Part shown: positions 10,544 to 20,410 of the stretch, in pieces | How positions within the stretch are numbered: position 1 is the first letter of the stretch | How the letters are laid out: the number at the start of each line of letters is the position of its first letter | From: Alphaproteobacteria bacterium | Lineage (GTDB): Bacteria; Pseudomonadota; Alphaproteobacteria; UBA2966; CAIVPW01 | Direction: 5' to 3' | DNA: 64,000 nucleotides | NCBI GenBank assembly: GCA_947481575.1 | Contig: CANKGV010000015.1 | Coordinates: 15-64,014, forward strand | Made by a program: the position numbers and the translations under genes | Notes under the pieces: generated by a model | Database searches by the model: none | What the model was told of the DNA's origin: nothing | Seen by the model: only the letters and a program-made list of their open reading frames with translations

Positions 10544-11113
10544 ATGCTGGGTATTGGGTTTCCGGAACTACTGATCATTGCAGTGGTTACCGTCATCGCC
10601 GTCGGTCCGCAGGAACTGCCCAAGGTTCTGCGTACGGTCATGACGTGGACCCGCAAGCTCCGTAAGCTTGCCAATGAGTTTCAGACCGGCATGGAAGACT
10701 TGGCCCGCGAGGCCGAGCTCCATGAACTGACCAAGGACATCCAAAAGGAAGTCGAGGACGTCACCAAGGGCGTCACCGAGTCGGTCCAAAAGGACATGGC
10801 CGAGGTCGAGCAGCAGGTCGCCGGCACGATCGAATCCACGGGCATCGAAAAGGACATCGCCGAGACCCAGAAGGAACTCGGCGGGACGTTCCGCGTCTAC
10901 GACCAGTACGACGAGTTGCTCGATCCGTCGCTGGTTGCCGGCACGTCGGTGTTCGTGCCCAACAAGCACGCCATCGCCAAAGAGGCTGTGCCCGAGGTCC
11001 CCGCCGCGGTTGCGGCAGTGGCACCGCCCACACCGGCGCCGATGGTTGCCGAGGCCGAGCGCATCACGCCACAGCCGGTTCCGGAACCCGCCAAGCCGCG
11101 CATCGACGCCTAG
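10544..11113 (+). CDS. tatB: Sec-independent protein translocase TatB
   Basis: MLGIGFPELLIIAVVTVIAVGPQELPK N-terminus followed by an amphipathic helix and an acidic tail; lies between tatA and tatC. Confidence 0.85.
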   Translation: MLGIGFPELLIIAVVTVIAVGPQELPKVLRTVMTWTRKLRKLANEFQTGMEDLAREAELHELTKDIQKEVEDVTKGVTESVQKDMAEVEQQVAGTIESTGIEKDIAETQKELGGTFRVYDQYDELLDPSLVAGTSVFVPNKHAIAKEAVPEVPAAVAAVAPPTPAPMVAEAERITPQPVPEPAKPRIDA

Positions 11114-11119
11114 TCCGCC

Positions 11120-11929
11120 GTGGCTGTCCCGCAAGACATCGACGACGCCAAGATGCCGCTGATCGAGCATTTGCTCGAGCTGCGCAAACGCCTGATCTAC
11201 GCGGCCATTGCGTTTGGCGTGGCGTTCTTCGTGTGTTTCTCGTTCGCCAACCCGATTTTCGACTTCCTGGTGGCGCCGCTCGCGCACCTGCCGGCTTCCG
11301 TGTGGCAGGGGCAGGACGGGCCGCACATGGTGTTCACCCAGTTGCACGAAAAGTTCTTCACGAACGTGAAGATCGGGTTCTTCGCGGCTGGGTTCGTATC
11401 GTTCCCGATCATCGCGATGCAGATTTGGATGTTCATCGCGCCGGGCCTGTACAAACGCGAGCGCAAGGCGTTCCTGCCGTTCCTGATCCTGACGCCGGTG
11501 CTGTTCCTGATGGGGGCGGCGCTGGTCTACTACATGGTCATGCCGGTCGCGTGGCGGTTCTTTGCCAGCTTCGAGAACACCGGCACCGAAGGCGGCATGC
11601 GCATCGACCTGCTGCCGCGGGTCAGCGACTACCTCAGCCTGTCGATGCACCTGATCTTCGCGTTCGGCATCGCCTTCCAATTGCCGCTAGTGATGATGCT
11701 GCTGGCGCGTGCTGGGATGATCACCGCGGCGTGGCTTCGGGCGCGCCGCCGCTATTCGATCGTCATCGCGTTCATCGCCGCAGCGCTGCTGACGCCGCCG
11801 GACCCGATGAGCCAGATCAGCCTCGCCATCCCGCTGATGATCTTGTTCGAACTGTCGATCATCGGCGTCGGGTTCGTGGAGCGCGACAAGGCCAAGGCGG
11901 CAGCCGAGCGCGAAGCGGCCTCCACCTAG
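11120..11929 (+). CDS. tatC: Sec-independent protein translocase TatC
   Basis: MPLIEHLLELRKRLIY start and a six-TM TatC pattern. Confidence 0.9.
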   Translation: MAVPQDIDDAKMPLIEHLLELRKRLIYAAIAFGVAFFVCFSFANPIFDFLVAPLAHLPASVWQGQDGPHMVFTQLHEKFFTNVKIGFFAAGFVSFPIIAMQIWMFIAPGLYKRERKAFLPFLILTPVLFLMGAALVYYMVMPVAWRFFASFENTGTEGGMRIDLLPRVSDYLSLSMHLIFAFGIAFQLPLVMMLLARAGMITAAWLRARRRYSIVIAFIAAALLTPPDPMSQISLAIPLMILFELSIIGVGFVERDKAKAAAEREAAST

Positions 11930-12016
11930 GCGCCCCTCGGGCTCCATCCACCCCTTGGCGCGGCCCGGCTTTCGGGCTAGCCAATAGTCGCCGCCAACCT
12001 CCCGCTAGGGACCGCA

Positions 12017-13471
12017 ATGCTCGACCTCCGCTGGATCCGCGAGGACCCAACCGCCTTCGACCGCGCCCTTGTGCGCCGCAACGCTGCCCCGCGCTCCGCG
12101 GAAGTGCTGGCGCTGGATGAATCGCGCCGCAAGGTGCAGACCGCGATGCAGGAAGCCCAGAACGAGCGCAACCGGCTCTCGAAAGAGATCGGCGCAGTAA
12201 AGGGCAAGGGCGGCGACGCGGCACAGTTGATGGCCAGGGTCGCCGCGCTAAAAGACGAGCTCGCGCGCCTGGAAGGCGACGAGCGCCGCCAGGGCGCCAT
12301 GCTCGACGCTCTGCTGGCCACGCTGCCCAACGCGCCGCACGAGTCGGTGCCGGACGGGGCCGACGAGACCGCCAATGTGGAACTGCGCAAGGTCGGTACG
12401 CCGCCGCGGCTCAGCTTCCCGCCCAAGGATCACGTGGCGATCGGCGAAGACCTTGGGCTAATGGACTTCGACGCCGCCGCCCGCATCTCGGGAGCACGCT
12501 TTGTGGTGCTCAAGGGACAACTCGCGCGGCTGGAACGCGCCATCGCCATGTTCATGCTCGATCTGCAAACCGGCGAACATGGCTACACGGAGGTGGACGT
12601 TCCGCATCTGGTGCGCGACGAGGCGCTGTTCGGCACCGGCCAACTGCCCAAGTTCGCCGCCGACCTGTTCGGCACGACCGCCAGTACCCAGCAGCAGGAG
12701 AGCGATATCCTGCGCGCGGCGGTGAAAGAAACGTTCAACACCATTAATCCATTCGATTTCGGCACGTCCAACATCGATGAAGTGTACGGGCGGATCGCCA
12801 AGGAGATCGAGACGACCTACCGGGTGAGCCTGGCCGCTGCCCGCGCGGGCATGGGCCGTTGGCTCATTCCGACCGCCGAGGTGCCGCTGACCAACTTGGT
12901 GCGCGAACAGATTCTGGATGAAGCCGCACTGCCGATGCGGGTCACCGCCCACACGCCGTGCTACCGCTCGGAAGCCGGCGCGGCGGGCAAGGACACCCGC
13001 GGCATGATCCGGCAGCACCAGTTCAGCAAGGTGGAGCTCGTGTCGATCGTCCACCCCGAACAGTCCACGGCCGAGCTGGAACGTATGACCGGCTGCGCCG
13101 AGGAAGTGCTGAAGCGTCTCGGCCTAGCCTATCGCGTCATCGCGTTGTGCACCGGCGACATGGGCTTTTCCGCCCGCAAGACCTACGACATCGAAGTGTG
13201 GCTGCCGGGCCAGGACCGCTACCGCGAGATATCCTCGTGCTCCGACTGCGGCGACTTCCAGGCGCGCCGGATGAACGCGCGCTATCGGCCCAAAGCAGAT
13301 GCGAAAGGCACCAAGTTCGTGCACACCTTGAACGGCTCCGGCCTTGCGGTCGGGCGTACCCTCGTGGCGGTGCTGGAGAACTACCAGAACGCTGACGGCT
13401 CGGTGACGGTCCCCGAAGTTCTGCGCCCCTACATGGGCGGCGCGACCGTGATCCGGGCCCATGGCGCCTGA
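12017..13471 (+). CDS. serS: Serine--tRNA ligase carrying a ~48-aa insertion in the catalytic core
   Basis: N-terminal coiled-coil arm, class II motifs ([41 protein letters not shown]); 484 aa versus ~425 typical. Confidence 0.9.
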   Translation: MLDLRWIREDPTAFDRALVRRNAAPRSAEVLALDESRRKVQTAMQEAQNERNRLSKEIGAVKGKGGDAAQLMARVAALKDELARLEGDERRQGAMLDALLATLPNAPHESVPDGADETANVELRKVGTPPRLSFPPKDHVAIGEDLGLMDFDAAARISGARFVVLKGQLARLERAIAMFMLDLQTGEHGYTEVDVPHLVRDEALFGTGQLPKFAADLFGTTASTQQQESDILRAAVKETFNTINPFDFGTSNIDEVYGRIAKEIETTYRVSLAAARAGMGRWLIPTAEVPLTNLVREQILDEAALPMRVTAHTPCYRSEAGAAGKDTRGMIRQHQFSKVELVSIVHPEQSTAELERMTGCAEEVLKRLGLAYRVIALCTGDMGFSARKTYDIEVWLPGQDRYREISSCSDCGDFQARRMNARYRPKADAKGTKFVHTLNGSGLAVGRTLVAVLENYQNADGSVTVPEVLRPYMGGATVIRAHGA

Positions 13472-14249
13472 TCGCCGCGTCGTGGGTGGGCCCCGCATCC
13501 TGGTTTCCAATGACGACGGTATCACTGCGCCGGGCATCGCCGTGCTGGAGCGCATCGCCCACGCGATGAGCGACGACGTGTGGGTGGTGGCCCCGGAAAG
13601 CGAACAGTCCGGCGCCGCGCACTCGCTGACCATCAACGAGCCGCTGCGCCTGCGCAAAGTCACCGAGCGCCGCTTTGCCGTACACGGCACACCCACCGAC
13701 TGCGTGATGCTGGCGATCCACCACCTGCTGCGTGGCGAGAAGCGCCCGGACCTGATCCTGTCGGGGGTGAATTCTGGCGCAAACCTGGGTGAGGACGTGA
13801 CCTACTCGGGCACCGTCGCCGCCGCCATCGAAGGCGCGCTGCTCGGCATCCGTTCGATCGCATTCAGCCAAGTGTCCGAGCTGAACGGCCCATTGCAGTG
13901 GGAGACCGCCGCGCGCCACGGACCGGACGTGATCCGCAAGATCACGGCCATCGAGTGGCCGCCGGGCGTGCTGATGAACGTGAACTTCCCGCCCATCGCG
14001 CCGGAAAAGGTCACCGGCATCGAAGCCACCCTGCAGGGCCAGCGCGACACCGGCGACCTGCTGATCGACCAGCGCACCGACGTTCGCGGCATCCCGTACT
14101 TCTGGATCGGGTTCCGCCAGCAAGTCGGCACGCCGGCCGCCGATACCGACTTCGCCGCCATCGCGCGCGGTGCCGTGTCGGTGACCCCCCTGCGCATCAA
14201 CCTGTCGGACGCCGAGACCCGGGACCGCCTCGGCGCCATCCTGCGGTGA
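13461..14249 (+). CDS. surE: 5'/3'-nucleotidase SurE
   Basis: [19 protein letters not shown] and TYSGTVAAA motifs; the start may instead be the in-frame GTG at 13482. Confidence 0.85.
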   Translation: MAPDRRVVGGPRILVSNDDGITAPGIAVLERIAHAMSDDVWVVAPESEQSGAAHSLTINEPLRLRKVTERRFAVHGTPTDCVMLAIHHLLRGEKRPDLILSGVNSGANLGEDVTYSGTVAAAIEGALLGIRSIAFSQVSELNGPLQWETAARHGPDVIRKITAIEWPPGVLMNVNFPPIAPEKVTGIEATLQGQRDTGDLLIDQRTDVRGIPYFWIGFRQQVGTPAADTDFAAIARGAVSVTPLRINLSDAETRDRLGAILR

Positions 14250-14851
14250 CGCTGGGCGCCGGTGCCATCCAACTGCTGATGGACCTGCGCCGCGCAGGTA
14301 TCAGCGATACCCGCATGCTCGCTGCGGTCGAGCGCACCCCGCGGGATGCGTTCGCCACGGACCCGGAAGGTGCCTGGAAAGATGCGGCGGTGCCGCTCGG
14401 TCCCGACGGCTTCCTCAGCCGCCCCCACGATCTCGTCACTATGATCGCCGCCCTCGGGTTGGGCGACCGTCAGCGCGTACTACAGATTCCCACCGGCACC
14501 GGCTATGAAGCGGCGCTGCTCGCCGGGTTCTGCCGCTGGGTGTACACCGTGGAACCCGACCGCGCGCGCCGCCGCCGCGCCGACGACCGCCTTCGCGCTC
14601 TCGGCCTCGGCAACGTCGTCTCCCACACCGGTGATCCGCTGCGCGGCTGGCCCGAACAGGCGCCCTTCGATGCGATCCTGTTGACCGAAGGCACCGCTGA
14701 GGTGCCGGCGGAACTGCTGGCGCAACTGCGCCCGGGCGGCGTGTTGGTCGGCCCAATCGGCCGCGATGCGCGCTTTCACCCACTGCTGCGTGCCAAGCGC
14801 AGCGAAACCGGGGTCGAAACCGAGGTCATTGCGCGCACCTCCGCGTTTTGA
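14246..14851 (+). CDS. pcm: Protein-L-isoaspartate O-methyltransferase
   Basis: GTG start overlapping the surE stop; VLQIPTGTGYEAALLA (SAM motif I) and LRPGGVLVGPIG; conserved surE-pcm-nlpD order. Confidence 0.85.
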   Translation: MTLGAGAIQLLMDLRRAGISDTRMLAAVERTPRDAFATDPEGAWKDAAVPLGPDGFLSRPHDLVTMIAALGLGDRQRVLQIPTGTGYEAALLAGFCRWVYTVEPDRARRRRADDRLRALGLGNVVSHTGDPLRGWPEQAPFDAILLTEGTAEVPAELLAQLRPGGVLVGPIGRDARFHPLLRAKRSETGVETEVIARTSAF

Positions 14852-14916
14852 CCGGAATCGCCCATCGCAAATAAGGGATTGCCCTACCGAGTCACCTGAC
14901 TCTATCCTCCACCACC

Positions 14917-15756
14917 ATGACTCGAACGGTATGTGCCGCGGCGTGCATGGTGCTCCTCCTGAGTGCTTGTGCGTACCAAAGACCGGCGCCGGTTGCCAAC
15001 CGCGCCTACGCCACGCTGCCGCCGGTAACGCTCCCGGCGGTGACCGCTCCCGGCGTCGTCACGGTCGCGGCGGGAGATACCCTTTCCGGCATCGCCCAGC
15101 GCCAACGCGTCGATATGGCGGCGCTGGCCAAGGCCAACAACCTGTCCGCGCCCTACAACATCCGCGCCGGTCAAACCCTTGTGCTGCCGTCCGGCGCATC
15201 CGCAGCTGGCCCATCCGGCCTGCCGCCGCAGGTGGCCCTATCGGCACCGCGCGCTGCCGCGCCAAAGCCTGCCGCCGCGCCCCAACTCGTCAGCAACACT
15301 ACGCGCCCGGTGTCGATCGCCCTGCCGCCCCGCGCCGGCAACACGTTCGCTTGGCCGCTCAACGGGGCAGTCGTGTCGCCGTTCGGGCCGAAGCCCGGCG
15401 GTGTCCACAACGACGGCATCGACATCCGCGTGACCCGCGGTCTGCCGTTCGTCGCGGCCGAAAGCGGGGTCGTCGCCTATGCCGGCAATGATATCCGCGG
15501 CCTCGGCAATCTACTGTTGATCCGTCACGCGGAGGGCTGGGTTACGGCCTATGCCCACGCGGATTCGTTTGCCGTGCGCCAAGGCGATGTCGTTGCCCGT
15601 GGCCAAGTCGTAGGCAAGGCGGGCGCCACCGGCAACGTCCCTGCGCCCACGCTGCATTTCGAGATTCGGCAGGGCAGCCGCGCCGTCGATCCGCTGCAAT
15701 ACTTGTCGACGCCGCTGGTGGGTACCCTGGTCGCGTCAAAGGTCCCGAACGGCTGA
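14917..15756 (+). CDS. nlpD: LysM-domain M23 peptidase lipoprotein (NlpD-like)
   Basis: LSAC lipobox, LysM (AGDTLSGIAQRQRVDMAALAKANNL...GQTLVLP) and M23 motifs (HNDGIDI, LHFEIRQG). Confidence 0.8.
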   Translation: MTRTVCAAACMVLLLSACAYQRPAPVANRAYATLPPVTLPAVTAPGVVTVAAGDTLSGIAQRQRVDMAALAKANNLSAPYNIRAGQTLVLPSGASAAGPSGLPPQVALSAPRAAAPKPAAAPQLVSNTTRPVSIALPPRAGNTFAWPLNGAVVSPFGPKPGGVHNDGIDIRVTRGLPFVAAESGVVAYAGNDIRGLGNLLLIRHAEGWVTAYAHADSFAVRQGDVVARGQVVGKAGATGNVPAPTLHFEIRQGSRAVDPLQYLSTPLVGTLVASKVPNG

Positions 15757-15759
15757 CCC

Positions 15760-16611
15760 TCAGTCCAGGCGTTTGCCTTGCCGTCCGGCCAGGTCCTGGA
15801 TGAACTGCCAGGCCACCCGGCCAGACCGCGCCCCACGGGTCATCGACCACTCAATCGCTGCCGCGTGCCGTTCGCCCGGCGTGCCGGTCAGCGCAAACCG
15901 CGCCGCATAGCCGTCGACCATCGCCAAGAACTCATCCTGGGTCGCGGGGTGGAACCCCAGCCACAGGCCGAACCGGTCCGATAGCGAGACCTTTTCATCG
16001 ACGCCTTCCTCGGGCCGGATGGCGGTCGAGCGCTCGTTCTCGATCATGTCGCGCGGCATCAGGTGGCGCCGATTCGACGTCGCGTACAGGATCACGTTGT
16101 CCGGCCGGCCTTCCACGCCACCTTCCAGCACACCCTTGAGCGAGCGGTAGCTGTCGCCGGCGTCGAACGACAAATCATCGCAAAACAACACGAAGCGCCG
16201 CGCCGCAGGGGCTAGCACGCCGAGCAAGCGGGGCAGGGTGGCAATGTCCTCGCGGTGGAACTCGACCAGCGCCAGTGTATTCCCAGTCTCGCCGGCCACC
16301 TGGGCGTGGACCGACTTAACCAGCGAGCTCTTGCCCATGCCGCGCGCGCCCCACAGGAGCGCGTTGTTGGCGGGCAGTCCCTGCGCGAACCGCCGGGTGT
16401 TGCCCAACAGGGTCTCGCGCTGCAGGTCGATGCCGTGCAGCAACTCGATCGGCACCCGGTTGACGCGTTCGGCCGACCGCAGGCGCGCGGCAGCGCCATC
16501 CCACACCAGGGCGCTTCCCTGCATCGGGTCCGCTGGTGCTGGTCCGGCCGGGGCCAAACGCTCCAGCGCCGCCGCGAGACGTTCCAACAAGGCGTCGGTG
16601 GCTTTGGTCAC
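15760..16611 (-). CDS. DUF815-family AAA-type ATPase
   Basis: Walker A GARGMGKSSLVK and Walker B-like FVLFCDDLSF; this family is commonly encoded divergently from yajC-secDF. Confidence 0.65.
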   Translation of the reverse strand: MTKATDALLERLAAALERLAPAGPAPADPMQGSALVWDGAAARLRSAERVNRVPIELLHGIDLQRETLLGNTRRFAQGLPANNALLWGARGMGKSSLVKSVHAQVAGETGNTLALVEFHREDIATLPRLLGVLAPAARRFVLFCDDLSFDAGDSYRSLKGVLEGGVEGRPDNVILYATSNRRHLMPRDMIENERSTAIRPEEGVDEKVSLSDRFGLWLGFHPATQDEFLAMVDGYAARFALTGTPGERHAAAIEWSMTRGARSGRVAWQFIQDLAGRQGKRLD

Positions 16612-16736
16612 GGCCGGATGTGCTCGGATGGCAACGGAATGAGGGCCCGCGCGAACTCGCTAGCGCGCGTAGGCAAAGCGGATGTCGGAGGTTATAGTCC
16701 CGCCTCTCTTAGGGTTCCAGGTTAGCGAGAGCACCG

Positions 16737-17183
16737 ATGTTCGTCACTCCCGCCTACGCCCAGGCCGCCGCAGCGGCGCCAGGGGCACAGGGTCTCGTGC
16801 AGTTCATGCTGCCGATCGCCTTGATCTTCGTTGTCTTCTATTTCCTGTTGATTCGCCCGCAGCAGAAAAAGGCGCGCGACCACAAGGAGATGGTGGACAA
16901 TATCCGCCGCGGTGACCAAGTCGTTACAGCCGGCGGCATCTACGGCAAGGTCATCAAGGCCGGCGGTGAGGACGGGAAGGTGACCGTGGAAATCGCGCCG
17001 AACGTCCGCATCGATGTAGTTGCCGGCACCATTGCCGAGGTGCTGAACAAGACCAAGCCGGGCTCTGCGCCGGCGAAAAAGGACCGCAAGGACAAGGGCA
17101 AGGAGCAGGCGGAGGAAAAGGCGGAAGCCGACGCCGAACCGCCCGCCGCAGGCAAGACCGACGAAGCGAAACCGAAGGAATAG
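16737..17183 (+). CDS. yajC: Preprotein translocase subunit YajC, with a Lys/Ala/Glu-rich C-terminal extension
   Basis: LIALIFVVFYFLLIRPQQKKARDHKEM core motif; immediately upstream of secD. Confidence 0.85.
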   Translation: MFVTPAYAQAAAAAPGAQGLVQFMLPIALIFVVFYFLLIRPQQKKARDHKEMVDNIRRGDQVVTAGGIYGKVIKAGGEDGKVTVEIAPNVRIDVVAGTIAEVLNKTKPGSAPAKKDRKDKGKEQAEEKAEADAEPPAAGKTDEAKPKE

Positions 17184-17189
17184 CTGCCG

Positions 17190-18809
17190 ATGCTTTACTT
17201 CGCGCGCTGGAAAGTCCTGGCGATTTTGGCCACCGTCTTGGTCGGCCTCGCGTTCTTGGCGCCGAACTTCCTGAGCGTCTCGGCAACCAACGCGTTGCCG
17301 AGCTGGTTGCCCCATAAGCACGTTCGACTGGGACTCGATTTGCGCGGCGGTTCTCACTTGCTGCTCGAAGTCGACATCAACGCGGTCGTGCGTGAGCGCC
17401 TGAACACGCTCGTCGACGACACCCGCAACGCGCTCCGCGAAGACCAAATCGGCTACACCGGCCTCGGCGTCAGCCCAGCCAACGTCGTACGCCTCACCAT
17501 TCGCGACGCGGCGCAGGTCGACAAGGCCGTAACCAAGATCAAGGCGTTGTCGCACGACATCCGCCAAGGTGCTTTGGGGACCTCGGTTGCCGATATCGCG
17601 GTGACCAACGTCGGCCCCGAGATTTCGGTGAAGCTGACCGACGTCGCCATCACCGACCGCGCCACCCAGGCCGTTGCCCAATCGATTGAAGTGGTGCGCC
17701 GCCGCATCGACGAAACGGGCACCCAAGAACCGATCATTCAGCGCCAGGGCACCGACCGCATTCTGGTGCAGCTGCCAGGCGTTGACGATCCGGACCGGGT
17801 GAAGCGCCTGCTCGGCAAGACCGCCAAGTTGACCTTCCAGCTCTTGGACAACGAAACCGCGCTGTCCGACGCACTCGCCGGGCGGTTGCCGGCCGGTTCG
17901 GAAGTGGTCGAATCGGAAAACGAGCGCAACGGCGACGGCTCTCCGGTGAAGTACGTCCTGAAGAGCCGCGCGATCATCACCGGCGAAATGCTGGTGGATG
18001 CCCAGGCCACGTTTGATTCGCGCTCCGGTTCGCCGGTTGTTTCGATGCGGTTCGATTCGGCGGGCGCCCGCAAGTTTGGCGAGGCGACCACGGACAACGT
18101 CGGCAAACGCTTCGCCATCGTGCTCGACAACAAAGTGCTGAGCGCGCCGGTGATCCGCGAACCGATCTTGGGTGGCACCGGCCAGATCGAAGGCAACTTC
18201 ACCGTCCAGACCGCCAACGACCTGTCGGTTCTGCTGCGCGCCGGTTCGCTGCCGGCGCCGCTCGTAGTAATCGAAGAACGCACGGTCGGCCCCGGACTTG
18301 GCGCCGACTCGGTGCGCGCCGGTGGCTACGCCTCGATCATCGCGTTCGTGCTCGTCGTGGTGTTCATGCAGTCCGCCTACGGCTTGTTCGGTCTGGCGGC
18401 GAACGCGGCACTGGTGGTGAACATGGTGCTGCTGCTCGGCGCCCTTTCGGCCTTGCAGGCGACACTCACGCTGCCCGGCATCGCTGGCATCGTGCTCACG
18501 ATCGGCATGGCGGTGGACGCCAACGTGCTGATCAACGAACGCATCCGCGAAGAGCTGGCACAGGGCAAGACCCCGTTCGCGGCCGTGGAAGCCGGGTATC
18601 GCCGCGCCATGGCGACGATCGTCGACTCCAACGTCACCACGTTTATCTCCGCTGCGATCCTGTACTTCGTCGGCACGGGCCCGGTGCGCGGGTTCGCGGT
18701 CACCCTGATGATCGGTATCGCCACCTCGGTGTTCACCGCGGTGACACTGTCGCGCTACCTGGTCGCGACGTGGCTCACCCGGCGCCGCCCCAAGCTGTTG
18801 GTGGTGTAA
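17190..18809 (+). CDS. secD: Protein translocase subunit SecD
   Basis: Large periplasmic loop followed by a six-TM SecD/SecF C-terminal domain (GLGADSVRAGGYASIIAF...). Confidence 0.9.
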   Translation: MLYFARWKVLAILATVLVGLAFLAPNFLSVSATNALPSWLPHKHVRLGLDLRGGSHLLLEVDINAVVRERLNTLVDDTRNALREDQIGYTGLGVSPANVVRLTIRDAAQVDKAVTKIKALSHDIRQGALGTSVADIAVTNVGPEISVKLTDVAITDRATQAVAQSIEVVRRRIDETGTQEPIIQRQGTDRILVQLPGVDDPDRVKRLLGKTAKLTFQLLDNETALSDALAGRLPAGSEVVESENERNGDGSPVKYVLKSRAIITGEMLVDAQATFDSRSGSPVVSMRFDSAGARKFGEATTDNVGKRFAIVLDNKVLSAPVIREPILGGTGQIEGNFTVQTANDLSVLLRAGSLPAPLVVIEERTVGPGLGADSVRAGGYASIIAFVLVVVFMQSAYGLFGLAANAALVVNMVLLLGALSALQATLTLPGIAGIVLTIGMAVDANVLINERIREELAQGKTPFAAVEAGYRRAMATIVDSNVTTFISAAILYFVGTGPVRGFAVTLMIGIATSVFTAVTLSRYLVATWLTRRRPKLLVV

Positions 18810-18813
18810 CAAC

Positions 18814-19755
18814 ATGGCAACGCATCGCCTCAAGCTGGTTCCGCAGGGAACCAATTTCGACTTCATCGGTTATCGCATGTGGGGGTTCGCTGTATTCGGC
18901 GGACTGACCGTCGCCTCGGTCGTGTTGCTGCTGGTGATGGGCCTGAACTTCGGCATCGATTTCCTTGGCGGCATCTTGATCGAAGCTCGCACCCCCCAAG
19001 CGGCCGACATCGCCCAGCTGCGCACCACCACCAATGAACTTGGCCTCGGTGAAGTCACACTGCAGCAGTTCGGCACCGACCGCGACATTCTGATCCGGGT
19101 GCCGCAGCAGCACGGCGGCGACGCGGCGCAGACCGCCGCGGCCGATACGGTAAAGCAGGCGCTGATCAACTCGCTTGGGTCGATCGAGTTCCGCCGCATC
19201 GAGTTCGTCGGTCCGCAGGTCGGCGGCGAGTTGATCCGTGACGGTGTGCTGGCAGTCGTACTCGCGATCCTCGCGATGCTGGTCTACGTGTGGTTCCGCT
19301 TCGAATGGCAGTTCGGCATCGGCGCGGTGCTCGGCCTGCTCAACGTCGCCATCACGACGTTGGGTGTGTTCGCGATTCTGCGGCTCGAGTTCAATTTGCC
19401 GGTGGTTGCGGCGATTCTAACGATCATTGGCTATTCGATGAACGATACCGTCGTGATCTACGATCGTATTCGCGAGAATCTCCGCAAGTACCGCTCGATG
19501 GAGTTGATCGCGCTGCTCAACCGCTCGATCAACGACACGCTGTCGCGCAGCGTGAACACGCACTTCACGACGTTCCTCGCCACCCTCGCGCTACTGATCT
19601 TCGGCGGCCAGGCGATTCGCGAGTTCGCCATTGCCATGTTGTGGGGCGTTGTCGTGGGCGCGTGCACGTCGGTATTTGTCGCGGCGCCGGTGCTGATCTA
19701 CCTCGGTCTCCATCGCGGTGTGCTGAGCCGCGGCGGCGAGCGCGAGCCCGCCTAA
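18814..19755 (+). CDS. secF: Protein translocase subunit SecF
   Basis: NFGIDFLGG, periplasmic domain, six-TM SecF pattern. Confidence 0.9.
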   Translation: MATHRLKLVPQGTNFDFIGYRMWGFAVFGGLTVASVVLLLVMGLNFGIDFLGGILIEARTPQAADIAQLRTTTNELGLGEVTLQQFGTDRDILIRVPQQHGGDAAQTAAADTVKQALINSLGSIEFRRIEFVGPQVGGELIRDGVLAVVLAILAMLVYVWFRFEWQFGIGAVLGLLNVAITTLGVFAILRLEFNLPVVAAILTIIGYSMNDTVVIYDRIRENLRKYRSMELIALLNRSINDTLSRSVNTHFTTFLATLALLIFGGQAIREFAIAMLWGVVVGACTSVFVAAPVLIYLGLHRGVLSRGGEREPA

Positions 19756-19775
19756 CCGCGCGGCGCCCGCCCCCT

Positions 19776-20162
19776 ATGCCGGCCATGGAGATCGTTCCCC
19801 AGCCGGTTCAGGGATTGCAGGTCATCCAAGGCTATGGCGACGGCGGCTTCCGTGTCGCCGGTCTGCGCCAATCGGGATCCCTCCTGGTATTTCCGCGCCG
19901 CACGGTGACGTGGGCGGTCACGGAGTTCGAGCGGTTGACTATCGCCGACTTCAGTCCCGTGCTTGCGGCCAAGGCCGAAGTGGATCTGTTGCTGGTAGGC
20001 ACGGGGGCCACTTCGCAGTTGGCGAGCCGGGAACTCCGTGCCGCCTTGCGCGCCGAAGGCATTGGGCTGGAAGCGATGTCCACCAGCGCCGCGTGCCGCA
20101 CGTTCAATGTGCTGCTGGCCGAGGAACGGAAAGTCGCGGCAGCCCTGATCGCGGTCGTCTAG
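19776..20162 (+). CDS. Mth938-like domain protein (DUF498/DUF598)
   Basis: ~128 aa; ATG at 19776 inside the longer listed ORF; LLLVGTG...AEGIGLEAMST pattern; commonly follows secF in alphaproteobacteria. Confidence 0.55.
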   Translation: MPAMEIVPQPVQGLQVIQGYGDGGFRVAGLRQSGSLLVFPRRTVTWAVTEFERLTIADFSPVLAAKAEVDLLLVGTGATSQLASRELRAALRAEGIGLEAMSTSAACRTFNVLLAEERKVAAALIAVV

Positions 20163-20343
20163 CGGCCGTTCGGGCAGGGGGGCCGGCTGGCCCCCGTGCC
20201 TTTTGTGCGGAGGAAGTACGAGGAACACGTAGCAACGTATTGAATACCAACGGCTAATGCTGGTGGCGCAATCGCTCGCGGGAACTTTCCGCATGACCTG
20301 CGCGGGTTGACGGGGTGTTGTGCGTTCCCTACTGTTTTGGTTC

Positions 20344-20363
20344 TGGCGATGGGGATCGCCGAC
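20344..20363 (+). promoter_or_regulatory. Conserved 20-bp palindromic motif TGGCGATGGGGATCGCCGAC upstream of the PQQ dehydrogenase gene (candidate operator)
   Basis: An identical 20-mer recurs at 61143-61162 upstream of the second (deleted) copy; inverted repeat GGCGAT-N4-ATCGCC; 48 bp upstream of the ATG. Confidence 0.5.
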
Positions 20364-20410
20364 TGGGCCACAATCGGGAGATTTGGCCCTCAATCTTGGA
20401 GACATATTTG

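Noticed and set aside
13461-13481. 11-bp overlap of the surE ATG start with the serS 3' end
   Set aside because: The in-frame GTG at 13482 gives a conventional SurE N-terminus (…[10 protein letters not shown]) without overlap, so I cannot distinguish the two starts from sequence alone. This is not treated as a frameshift or fusion.
16722-18866. 714-aa minus-strand ORF antisense to yajC/secD, and similar long antisense ORFs (20390..21958 -, 32786..34492 -, 34589..36133 -, 28005..29369 +, 62354..63385 +, 10568..11680 -, 13137..14123 -, 6984..8003 -, 2105..3025 -, 3437..4360 -)
   Set aside because: Arg/Gly/His-rich, low-complexity translations typical of stop-codon-poor antisense frames in high-GC DNA. 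Each overlaps a gene with clear family signatures on the other strand.
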